DNA of 64,000 nt from Spirochaetota bacterium (lineage in GTDB: Bacteria > Spirochaetota > UBA4802 > UBA5550): contig JBNKTL010000012.1 of assembly GCA_050298055.1 (NCBI GenBank), positions 1 to 64,000 on the forward strand, read 5' to 3'. The position numbers and the translations under genes were made by a program. Of the stretch, positions 1-7,946 are shown in pieces. Under the pieces are notes generated by a model. The model ran no database searches. It saw only the letters and a program-made list of their open reading frames with translations, and was not told the DNA's origin. Position 1 is the stretch's first letter; each line of letters starts with the position of its first letter.

Positions 1-2
1 GC

Positions 3-1808
3 GGGAACAGCGCGGTGACAGTTGATTCTTCTGAGGGGATCGTTTTTCGTTCGTGTGTGTTTGATTCGCTGACCGGTACCGGGAGCGGAAAGGCAATTTA
101 TGTTACGGGAAATTCAGAGATAACCGTAACGGATGCGGAATTTAAGAATAATGAAGCAGATGATGGCGGAGCAATATGTGCGGTATCAGGGGCGGTAATC
201 AATATATCTGCATCCGATTTCATCTCTAATAGTGCAAATGATGATGGAGGCGCTCTTTTTATAGATGATAATTCAACGGCAGAAGTGTATGTTAACATTT
301 CCGGGTCCAATTTCATTAATAATAATGCAGGTAGTGGTCTAAGTAATATTGGAGGCGCTCTTTATGCCCATGGATCAAATATCTCAATTACCAATAACTC
401 CCGGTTCGATGGTAACAGCTCCGGCCAGGGGGGGGCGATTTATGCTTACGAAGATACAAACATAACGATAAATGATACGGAATTAACAAATAATAGTACA
501 ACATCAAACGGTGGGGCAATTTTCATAAATAATACACCTGCCGATATCAACAATTCAACCCTGTCAGGAAATTATACAGATTCAGGAGAAGACGGGGGAG
601 CTTTATACATAGAATCTAGTAATGTGAATATTCTCAATTCGAAGTTGCAGAATAACGGGTATACAGGGACCACTACTTATACCCGTTATGGCGGTGCGAT
701 TTATTTATATAGTGGTTCCCTTAACATTAGCGGTGCGGGGAGTGAAATTTCCTCAAATTGTGCCTATGGCGGTGGTGGTGCTATTAATGTTTATGGAGGA
801 ACTTTAACAATTACTGACGCCGCCATCAGCAATAACGGGTCCATTACAGGGGTTACACCTGCAACAAATATCGGAGGCGGGATTTTCTTTGGAGGTGATA
901 ACTTAACTGTTACTGACTCTTCTTTTGATAACAACCAGGCAACCGGTAACGGTGGGGGAATCCATCAGGAAAATACAGGGGATATGACCATTACCGGGTC
1001 AACCTTTTCTTCCAATGAATCCGGAATAACAGGGGGAGGGGGAATTTTCTCATCTACAACAGGCGCGGTAGTTGTTAATGGAACAGACTTTTCTGATAAC
1101 CATACCGATGGGACCGGCGGGGGGGGAGTATATCTCAGTAGCGAAGGAGGCGCAAATTTTAATGCCTGCAGCTTTGTAAGTAATACTGCCGGAGTTACTG
1201 GATCCAGTGATGGCAGCGGCGGAGCAATATTGATTTTGGAGAATAGCCCAACTACAGTTGTTAATTCTTTTTTTTATGATAACCATGCATATGACTATAC
1301 AGGAAGTACGGGTGTCGGCGGAGCAATTTCTTATCAATCCAGTTCTGCCTCATCATCAAATACATATATAAATCTCGCCTTTTATTCCAATCATGCCTCT
1401 GGTAATAACGGTATTGGGGGGGCTTTCTATTCCATTTATGGAGATCATTCATTTTATAATTCTGTTTTTTACGGTAATACGGCTGATGATACTACTACAA
1501 ATAATATTTCCGCAAACGGTGATGCTGGTGATACATTTGGAATTTATAATTCATTTTATTACGGCGGTGCATATATAGATACGGATCTTGGTTTTACGGG
1601 AGATTCAAGCAACATAACAGGAAATTCCGAATCACCATTTGAGAGCATTAATGATGAAGCCGCCAATTTTCTTTATCCCAATTCATACATTATTGACCTG
1701 GGAGACAGTTCACAGGTCCCAAATGGTATTACCGAAGACCTCGCGGGGAATACGCGTATCGCAGGAAGCGCTGTGGACATCGGGGCCTATGAATGGCAGG
1801 GGGAGTAA
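3..1808 (+). CDS. Pmp-like right-handed beta-helix surface protein with choice-of-anchor-Q-like C-terminus (5'-truncated by window)
   Basis: Many GGAI/GGAL...FxxN repeats; C-terminus DLAGNTRIAGSAVDIGAYEWQGE; frame open from window start; nt 1-77 identical to 2552-2628 of the downstream paralog. Confidence 0.85.
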   Translation, partial: GNSAVTVDSSEGIVFRSCVFDSLTGTGSGKAIYVTGNSEITVTDAEFKNNEADDGGAICAVSGAVINISASDFISNSANDDGGALFIDDNSTAEVYVNISGSNFINNNAGSGLSNIGGALYAHGSNISITNNSRFDGNSSGQGGAIYAYEDTNITINDTELTNNSTTSNGGAIFINNTPADINNSTLSGNYTDSGEDGGALYIESSNVNILNSKLQNNGYTGTTTYTRYGGAIYLYSGSLNISGAGSEISSNCAYGGGGAINVYGGTLTITDAAISNNGSITGVTPATNIGGGIFFGGDNLTVTDSSFDNNQATGNGGGIHQENTGDMTITGSTFSSNESGITGGGGIFSSTTGAVVVNGTDFSDNHTDGTGGGGVYLSSEGGANFNACSFVSNTAGVTGSSDGSGGAILILENSPTTVVNSFFYDNHAYDYTGSTGVGGAISYQSSSASSSNTYINLAFYSNHASGNNGIGGAFYSIYGDHSFYNSVFYGNTADDTTTNNISANGDAGDTFGIYNSFYYGGAYIDTDLGFTGDSSNITGNSESPFESINDEAANFLYPNSYIIDLGDSSQVPNGITEDLAGNTRIAGSAVDIGAYEWQGE

Positions 1809-2061
1809 GTTTTGAATGTTAAATGTTGAATTTTTAATTTTAAATTAAAGAGAGGAAGAAAAGTATTGAACCGCAAAGGCGCTAAGGGCGCAAAGGAAGA
1901 GTTTTTATAATGTTGAGTTTTAAATGTTGAATGTTAAATTAAAGAAACTGTTTTTAACCGTATAACTCATCATTCAAAATTATCCTAAACTTCGTGTGCT
2001 TCGTGATCTTCGTGGTGATAAAAATCTTAAAAACTTTGCGCCCTTTGCGTCTTTGCGGTTC
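1809..2061. repeat. Nested low-complexity inverted repeats (heptamer AATGTTG-type and 9-mer CGCAAAGG-type)
   Basis: Heptamer runs at 1809-1845 and 1908-1940 with an inverse copy near 1965-1981; aaccgcaaaggcgctaagggcgcaaag (1869-1895) inverted at ~2034-2061. Confidence 0.75.
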
Positions 2062-2112
2062 AAATTGAAGGGTCCCGGACCTCGGAGGAAGTGTAAGATA
2101 AGGAGAAGTAAA

Positions 2113-3882
2113 ATGAAGAAGCTCATTCCGGTCATCATCCTGTTTCTTTTAAACCTGTCCTGTTCGGACATTATAAACGGCATGTTTGAAGACATGCCCG
2201 ATATAGTCCCTGTCTGCGTTGATAAAGACACGTTAAGCAGCGGCGACGGGCGCGGGTGGGTGAATGCCGTTCAGAGTATCAACGAGGCCCTTGCCCTGGT
2301 AAAGGAGGGGGGGGAGATATGGATAAAGTCGGGGACTTGCGACATTGGCGCAGTTATAGAGATCGGCGGGAGCGTGGAAAATTTTTCCATCTACGGGGGC
2401 TTTGCCGGTACCGAGAGCAGGAGAGAGCAGAGGGACGTATCCGCCAATGAGACAATTTTAAATTCTTCGTCAGGGAACGGGATCATCTCCCTTTCAGGGG
2501 CCCGTTCAGTCACCCTTGATGGTTTTACCTTCAGGGCTTCCGCAAGCCTCGGCGGGAACAGCGCGGTGACAGTTGATTCTTCTGAGGGGATCGTTTTTCG
2601 TTCGTGTGTGTTTGATTCGCTGACCGGTTCCGGGGATGGAACGGCCGTAAGGAGTTCCGGGTCGGGGGTTGGTATTGAAGAGTGTAATTTCAGTAATAAT
2701 TATGCAGATGGCAATGGAGGCGCTCTTTATGGAAACGGGTCAACTATCTCAATCTCCGGTCATTCACTTTTCGATATCAATAGCGCTTATAGAGGTGGAG
2801 CAATCTATCTTGAAGGAAATTCAGAGATAAGCATTACGGATACGGATTTGACAAATAATAATTCAGAATTAGCATATAATTCAGGAAGCAATGGTGGGGC
2901 AATTTACTTAGAAAATACCACAGCTGTTATCAATAATTCCAAACTTATCGGTAATTATTCAGAAGATAATGCTAATGGGGGCGCATTATATATAGATAAC
3001 AATACCGGCGAGGAAGTAAATATTATAAACTCAGAGTTTAAGTATAACGGGTATCTGGATTCAACTTCCAAAACTTTTAATGGCGGTGCAATATATCTTT
3101 TAAATGGTTCCCTGAATATCAGCGGTGCGGGGAGTGATATTTCTTCAAATTGTACTAACAATGGTGCAGGCGGAGGAATTTATATTTATGGTGGAAATTT
3201 ATCAATAAGTAATGCCAGCATCAGCAATAACGGGTTCATTGGAGTGGGAGCGCCAGAAACACAATCCGGAGGAGGGATTTATTTCAGGGGTAGCAGCTTG
3301 ACTATTGATAGGGTTAAATTTATTAATAACCAGGCAGAAGATAATGGTGGTGGTATATTCATAAATCCTGTCACTGCAGATATCAATATTAATAACAGCC
3401 TGTTTCGAAGCAATAGAGCAATTAATAACGATGGCGGCGCGTTATATCTTAATAATGGTGCCTTGAACTTTGCAAATGTGACATTTTATGATAATTCTGC
3501 TAATAACAATGGTGGCGCTATTTATAGTAATATTGGTGCAACAATATATAATTCGGTTTTTTATGGCAATTCCGGTTCTGCTGGTAATAATATTTATGTT
3601 AATAACGGAACAGTGAGTATTTCTTACTGTTTTTATTACGGAGGTCTTGATACTGGAGGGTCTGGGATTATTGATACTTCAGGGGATGGGAATATTAATG
3701 ATAGCACAAATCCCTTTATGAGCACTACATACGGAGCCGACGATTTCCTCTATCCTGATGTCATTATTATCGATGCGGGATATAACGATGCTATTTCAGA
3801 CTATTTAACTGACCTCGCGGGGAATACGCGTATCATAAACGGCACTGTGGACATAGGGGCCTATGAATGGCAGGGTGAGTAA
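2113..3882 (+). CDS. Pmp-like beta-helix lipoprotein with choice-of-anchor-Q-like C-terminus
   Basis: AGGAG SD at 2101, ATG 2113, signal MKKLIPVIILFLLNLS-C; GxGWxNA...IYGGFAGTE N-terminal module; GGAIY repeats; ends DLAGNTRIINGTVDIGAYEWQGE. Confidence 0.85.
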   Translation: MKKLIPVIILFLLNLSCSDIINGMFEDMPDIVPVCVDKDTLSSGDGRGWVNAVQSINEALALVKEGGEIWIKSGTCDIGAVIEIGGSVENFSIYGGFAGTESRREQRDVSANETILNSSSGNGIISLSGARSVTLDGFTFRASASLGGNSAVTVDSSEGIVFRSCVFDSLTGSGDGTAVRSSGSGVGIEECNFSNNYADGNGGALYGNGSTISISGHSLFDINSAYRGGAIYLEGNSEISITDTDLTNNNSELAYNSGSNGGAIYLENTTAVINNSKLIGNYSEDNANGGALYIDNNTGEEVNIINSEFKYNGYLDSTSKTFNGGAIYLLNGSLNISGAGSDISSNCTNNGAGGGIYIYGGNLSISNASISNNGFIGVGAPETQSGGGIYFRGSSLTIDRVKFINNQAEDNGGGIFINPVTADININNSLFRSNRAINNDGGALYLNNGALNFANVTFYDNSANNNGGAIYSNIGATIYNSVFYGNSGSAGNNIYVNNGTVSISYCFYYGGLDTGGSGIIDTSGDGNINDSTNPFMSTTYGADDFLYPDVIIIDAGYNDAISDYLTDLAGNTRIINGTVDIGAYEWQGE

Positions 3883-4357
3883 ATGTTGAATGTTGAATTT
3901 TAAATTTTGAATTGAAGAGGGAGAAGAAGATTTGCCACAGAGGCACAGAGGCACGGAGTTCACAGAGAAGAGGGAGTTGGGGTTGAAGAGAAGAGATTTG
4001 GAACCGCTAAGACGCAAAGGACGCGAAGGAAGAGGAAGAAGAGTTATTTCACACAGAAAGTGCAATAGATAATATGCACTTCAGTGGCCAATTTAATAAA
4101 TTATAAAATATGATGGAGTTCCGGGTTATATAAATAGATAGATGCAAAGAGACAGTCAAAAAACCTAAAAAAACCTCTGTGTCTCTGTGGCGTTAAAAGC
4201 CTTTTCGGACCTCGTGTCCTGGCTTTTAAATGCGCATCATCCTGATGCTGTCTGTGGCAAATCTTAAAATCTGTTCATAGTTGTTAATGGAGAAGTTAAA
4301 TGAAAGAAACCGTTTTTGACCGGATAATTCAAAATTCAACATTCAAAATTCAAAATT
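3882..4357. repeat. Nested inverted-repeat complex (heptamer, CACAGAG and CGCAAAG families)
   Basis: Heptamer run 3882-3913 inverted at 4326-4357; aagatttgccacagaggcacagag (3927-3950) inverted at ~4174-4191 plus 4252-4265, interrupted by an insert. Confidence 0.75.
4192..4251 (+). mobile_element. Short two-hairpin inserted element with 7-bp target-site duplication
   Basis: CTGTGGC at 4185-4191 and 4252-4258; removing the insert restores an inverted-repeat arm; stem ttaaaagcc/ggcttttaa encloses ggac-ctcgt-gtcc, followed by gcatca-tcc-tgatgc. Confidence 0.7.
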
Positions 4358-4458
4358 TCTTAAAAAAAGTGTCGTTCATTACACCCGGGGCGATTTTTCT
4401 TGACATAACAGAAAAAAAGTATAGTTTCAGTCTATTCCAAAGACTGAAGGAGGGAGCT

Positions 4459-4779
4459 ATGAGAACACGGTCTGTATTTTCAGCTATAGTTATTTTACTC
4501 TTTTCTTTGACTCTTTTGTCCTGCGATATCTTTGACGGCGGCGGATCCGGCGGGGACGATCCAAGCCCGCCGTCGTCACTGATGGCGGAAAAAACATATA
4601 TCAGTTCGGGGCCTGAATGCGAATACGGCGGCATCCGGATAGACATGGGGTTCGACAACAACGGGAACAACGTCCTGGACGCGGACGAGATCACCAACAC
4701 CGAATACGTCTGCAACGGGGCGAACGGGGAGGATTCCAACTCGCACCTTTGTTGTCTACACGAGCCCCACTCCCAATGA
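4459..4779 (+). CDS. N-terminal lipoprotein fragment of a frameshifted surface protein (continues in 4787-6781 frame)
   Basis: GGAGGGAG SD, ATG 4459, signal ending LLS-C; CEYGGIRIDMGFDNNGNNVLDADEI..YVCNG module; other frame from ~4748 reads FVVYTSPTPNETGVDLDK, a typical Ig (Big_5-like) domain start. Confidence 0.7.
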   Translation: MRTRSVFSAIVILLFSLTLLSCDIFDGGGSGGDDPSPPSSLMAEKTYISSGPECEYGGIRIDMGFDNNGNNVLDADEITNTEYVCNGANGEDSNSHLCCLHEPHSQ

Positions 4780-4786
4780 AACGGGT

Positions 4787-6781
4787 GTGGATCTGGACAA
4801 AACCGTTACCGCGGTTTTTAACACAGAGATGGACGCCGGCACGGTGAACGGGACAACCTTCACCCTCACCGACAGCAGCGGCGCCCCGGTGGCGGGGACG
4901 GTAAGCTGTTCGGGGATCACCGCGGTCTTTCAGCCCGCAGACACCCTGCTCATCGATGAAGAATACACGGTAAGTCTTACCTCATCCATTGAGAACCAGA
5001 GCGGTGTTGCCATGGGCTATGATCACGTGGTCTCCTTCCGGGGCGGCCTTGCTCGGGTGAAATATTATCCCAACGGGGCGGAAAGCGGAACGGCCCCCGT
5101 GGACGGCAGCCTCTACAACAGGGAAGACACGGCCACGGTGGCGGGGAACACCGGGGGGCTTGAAAGAAGCGGCTACCTCTTTACCGGCTGGAACACCGAA
5201 GCGGACGGTTCGGGGAGTACCTATGCTGAAGGGGAGATTGTAGAGATCGTCGATACGAACATTACCCTCTATGCTCTCTGGACCACGGCGTATTCGGTGA
5301 CATATAATGGTAATGGGGCCACGGGGGGTTCTGTTCCGGTGGATGGTAATCTCTATCTCTATGGAGATAATGTAACTGTGCTTGGGAACCCCGGGGGGCT
5401 TGAGCGAAGCGGATACCTCTTCAGCGGTTGGAACACCGAGGCGGACGGTTCGGGGACTACATACGGTGAAGGGGACACGGTTGCTATCTCCGGTTCGAAT
5501 GTTATACTCTATGCACTCTGGACAACGGTGTATTCGGTGACATATGACGGCAACGGGGCCACGGGGGGTACTGTTCCGGTGGATGGGAATCTCTATTTAT
5601 ACGGAGAATCTGCAACTGTGCTTGGGAACATAGGAAGCCTTATAAATGGAGAGCTGTATTTTGCCGGTTGGAACACCGAAGCAGACGGTTCGGGAACTGG
5701 TTATGGTACAGGTGACACCTTGGAGATATCCAATGCGGACGTCACCCTCTATGCTCTCTGGACGGTTGATCCCTTTGTTGCAGCCGATACCCCCGGCGAT
5801 ATAGCGCCAATAAATATAGGTTCAGAGACAGTAAACATGATCTACGCCAACAACCAAACAGGCATTACCTTTCCTTTTTCTCCATCAAGTTGGACATCTT
5901 CTGTGGACAATATTCCGGCAACTCTGACGAGAAAGTTCTTTATGAGCGATACCCAGGTAACCAATGCACTTATGGCTGAAGTACTGCAGTGGGCCTATGA
6001 TAATGGCAAATTCAGTACCACCTTAGGCGACCACAACGGCCTTGAAAGCAGAACGGTAAAATATGGTGGGCAAGAGCTTCTTGATCTTGATGATACAAAT
6101 ATAAAGATCAATTATTCATCCGGAAATTTCACGTTAGATTCCGGTTATGAGGACCACCCGGTGGTCTGTGTGACCTGGTACGGGGCCATTATGTTCTGCA
6201 ATTGGCTTACGGAGATGAGAGATGGGAATACTGATAATGTAGTATATACCGGCATAGACACGGACTGGGACCATACTGAGACCGTCGAAAACGCGGACAG
6301 GTCCGGTTACCGTCTGCCTTCAAGCCAGGAGTGGGAGTATGCTGCCCGGTATATTGGCACTACCGCGCCCACAGGGGGTGATCTTGCCACTGAATATATT
6401 GCACAGAGTTATAATTCGGGGGATGTGACCCTTACAGCGGGGTATTACTGGACCCCGGCTGATTATGCCAGCGGAGCGATCAGGGACTATACGAACGATA
6501 CAGAGACCCGGGCCGTGGGCTGGTATTCAGGAGACCCTGACATGGGCGGCAGTGACACATTGATGCCGGTGGCGCAAAAGACCGCTAACCAGCTTGGCCT
6601 CTATGACATGAGTGGCAATGTGTGGGAGTGGTGTTTCACTGTGATCGCGGATGGGCACGTGTTCAGGGGTGGCAGTTGGAGCGATACTGCTGACTACCTG
6701 CAGGTTGGCTACTGGAGCTTTTACTCCCCGAACGACGGGTTCGACATTATAGGCTTCCGATTTGCGAGGTCGGCTCCTTGA
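4787..6781 (+). CDS. Ig-like domain + 3 Listeria-Bacteroides repeats + FGE-sulfatase/C-type-lectin domain protein; putative DGR target
   Basis: Big_5-like domain; three GYLFxGWNTEADGSG..TLYALW repeats; YRLPSSQEWEYAAR, NQLGLYDMSGNVWEWC, RGGSW and IGFRFAR motifs. Confidence 0.85.
   Translation: MDLDKTVTAVFNTEMDAGTVNGTTFTLTDSSGAPVAGTVSCSGITAVFQPADTLLIDEEYTVSLTSSIENQSGVAMGYDHVVSFRGGLARVKYYPNGAESGTAPVDGSLYNREDTATVAGNTGGLERSGYLFTGWNTEADGSGSTYAEGEIVEIVDTNITLYALWTTAYSVTYNGNGATGGSVPVDGNLYLYGDNVTVLGNPGGLERSGYLFSGWNTEADGSGTTYGEGDTVAISGSNVILYALWTTVYSVTYDGNGATGGTVPVDGNLYLYGESATVLGNIGSLINGELYFAGWNTEADGSGTGYGTGDTLEISNADVTLYALWTVDPFVAADTPGDIAPINIGSETVNMIYANNQTGITFPFSPSSWTSSVDNIPATLTRKFFMSDTQVTNALMAEVLQWAYDNGKFSTTLGDHNGLESRTVKYGGQELLDLDDTNIKINYSSGNFTLDSGYEDHPVVCVTWYGAIMFCNWLTEMRDGNTDNVVYTGIDTDWDHTETVENADRSGYRLPSSQEWEYAARYIGTTAPTGGDLATEYIAQSYNSGDVTLTAGYYWTPADYASGAIRDYTNDTETRAVGWYSGDPDMGGSDTLMPVAQKTANQLGLYDMSGNVWEWCFTVIADGHVFRGGSWSDTADYLQVGYWSFYSPNDGFDIIGFRFARSAP
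5050..5765 (+). repeat. Three ~240-bp intragenic tandem repeats
   Basis: ctctatgc(t/a)ctctggac recurs at 5267, 5507 and 5747 (period 240). Confidence 0.85.
6671..6769 (+). other. Putative DGR variable region (VR)
   Basis: Between GGSW and IGFR, 15 codons at typical variable positions all end in C/T, as expected from A-to-N mutation of AAC/AAT template codons. Confidence 0.65.
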
Positions 6782-6968
6782 CCTCCTGTCACCGCCAACA
6801 ATAAGGCATCCGTGCCTGTAGGACTCAGTAACTTTTTGGCCGATCCCTTTTAGCACCTCCTGTGCGGGGTCGGCATTGGAACATCCTGTTCGGTAGTTTT
6901 TGACTTTTTTTGGTCGAGTGCTTTTTGGACATGCTGTCCGTACTGGACATTAGCTCATCCGTGAGCGT
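6769..6968 (+). repeat. Three tandem structurally conserved two-hairpin inserts
   Basis: Units 6769-6819, 6839-6894 and 6913-6968, each with outer stem + pyrimidine bulge + inner hairpin + 4-nt linker + CATCC(G)TG-loop hairpin + GT. Confidence 0.7.
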
Positions 6969-7044
6969 CATTTTTTACAGGATCTTAAACTTCGTGGTGG
7001 AAAAAAAACTTAAAAGAATTTACCACGAAGAGACCGAAGGAAGA

Positions 7045-7117
7045 CCCCCCTAACCCCCGGAGGGGGGCACAAGAGAGTGCCGGATAAATATCTTACGCCC
7101 CTCAGGGGGACGGGGGG
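7045..7117. repeat. CCCCCTAAnCCCCC..GGGGG REP-like palindrome pair
   Basis: cccccctaacccccggagggggg and cccctcagggggacgggggg; related copy at 7792-7876. Confidence 0.55.
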
Positions 7118-7143
7118 CGAACAGCGAAGGACCTGTGACAAAA

Positions 7144-7701
7144 TCAAAAATAACTCTCCCCGAAACTCTCCCTGTGCACAAACTCTCCCAGCTCCTTCCG
7201 GGGCGGGGCTTTTTTTTCTCCCACCGCGGAGACCCCTACCGGGATGGCTGCCACCACCTCGTAACCTTCGGGGACCGAGAGCATCTCCCTGCATTTATCG
7301 TGATCAAAGAGGCCGGCGATCACCGTCCCCAGGCCAAGTTCATGGGCCCTGAGGCAGAGGTTCTGCACCGCCAGTCCCAGGTCGAACATGAACCACTCGT
7401 TGAACTTTGTGACCGGTTTCCCCTCCCTGCATCCCGAAACGTCCTTCCTGGCGCAGACCATTATCAGGGCGGAGGCGTTTATTGTGCATTTTCGGGCGGG
7501 GTTGGTTTCCGAGTAGGTCTCCGCTATTCTCTCCATCATACTCTTTTCCCGGATAACGATGAATTCCCAGACCTGGGTATTGGCCCATGAAGGTGCCATC
7601 CTGGCGGCCTCAAGGATATCTTTTAGCTGCCCGTCGCTGACAGGGTCATCGGTAAATCTTCTTATAGACCGTCTCTTCTCTATTGCTTCCTGCAGTTCCA
7701 T
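7144..7701 (-). CDS. Nitroreductase family protein
   Basis: RRSIRRF, APSWANTQVWEF, DLGLAVQNLCLRAHELGLGT motifs. Confidence 0.92.
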   Translation of the reverse strand: MELQEAIEKRRSIRRFTDDPVSDGQLKDILEAARMAPSWANTQVWEFIVIREKSMMERIAETYSETNPARKCTINASALIMVCARKDVSGCREGKPVTKFNEWFMFDLGLAVQNLCLRAHELGLGTVIAGLFDHDKCREMLSVPEGYEVVAAIPVGVSAVGEKKAPPRKELGEFVHRESFGESYF

Positions 7702-7791
7702 TTTCTCCTCACTCTGCGGGTGCCAGGCACGGCACCTATTAATAATATTTGTGCATATTCTTATTACCAGGGAGGGTACCTGTTCTGGTTA

Positions 7792-7876
7792 TCCCCCTAA
7801 ATCCCCCAAAGGGGGACTTTTGACCTTTTGTGCTGAAATAAGGTCATTTAGTATAATAACTCCCCGAGGGGGTGGC
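7792..7876. repeat. CCCCCTAAATCCCCC..GGGGGACTT REP-like element
   Basis: tccccctaaatcccccaaagggggacttt plus degenerate partner ctccccgagggggtgg. Confidence 0.5.
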
Positions 7877-7946
7877 TCGCTGTGGTAGATCAAAAAGATA
7901 AAGGTGTTTGAGCCGGGGGCTTATAAGTGCTGTGGTATTGCGGCGC

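Noticed and set aside
1996..2112. N-terminal extension of the 628-aa ORF
   Set aside because: Translates repeat DNA; SD and signal peptide point to ATG 2113
4040..4170. Remnant of a GxxExxY or four-helix-bundle gene inside the inverted repeats
   Set aside because: No recognisable reading frame or motif
4300..4458. N-terminal extension of the 159-aa ORF
   Set aside because: Translates heptamer repeats; SD and signal peptide point to ATG 4459
6769..6968. CRISPR array or simple terminator
   Set aside because: Units share structure, not identical repeats; no spacers or cas genes; hairpins are short and multiple
7860..7925. tRNA or structured RNA downstream of leuS
   Set aside because: No cloverleaf, TTC T-loop or CCA; GC patches belong to a REP-like element
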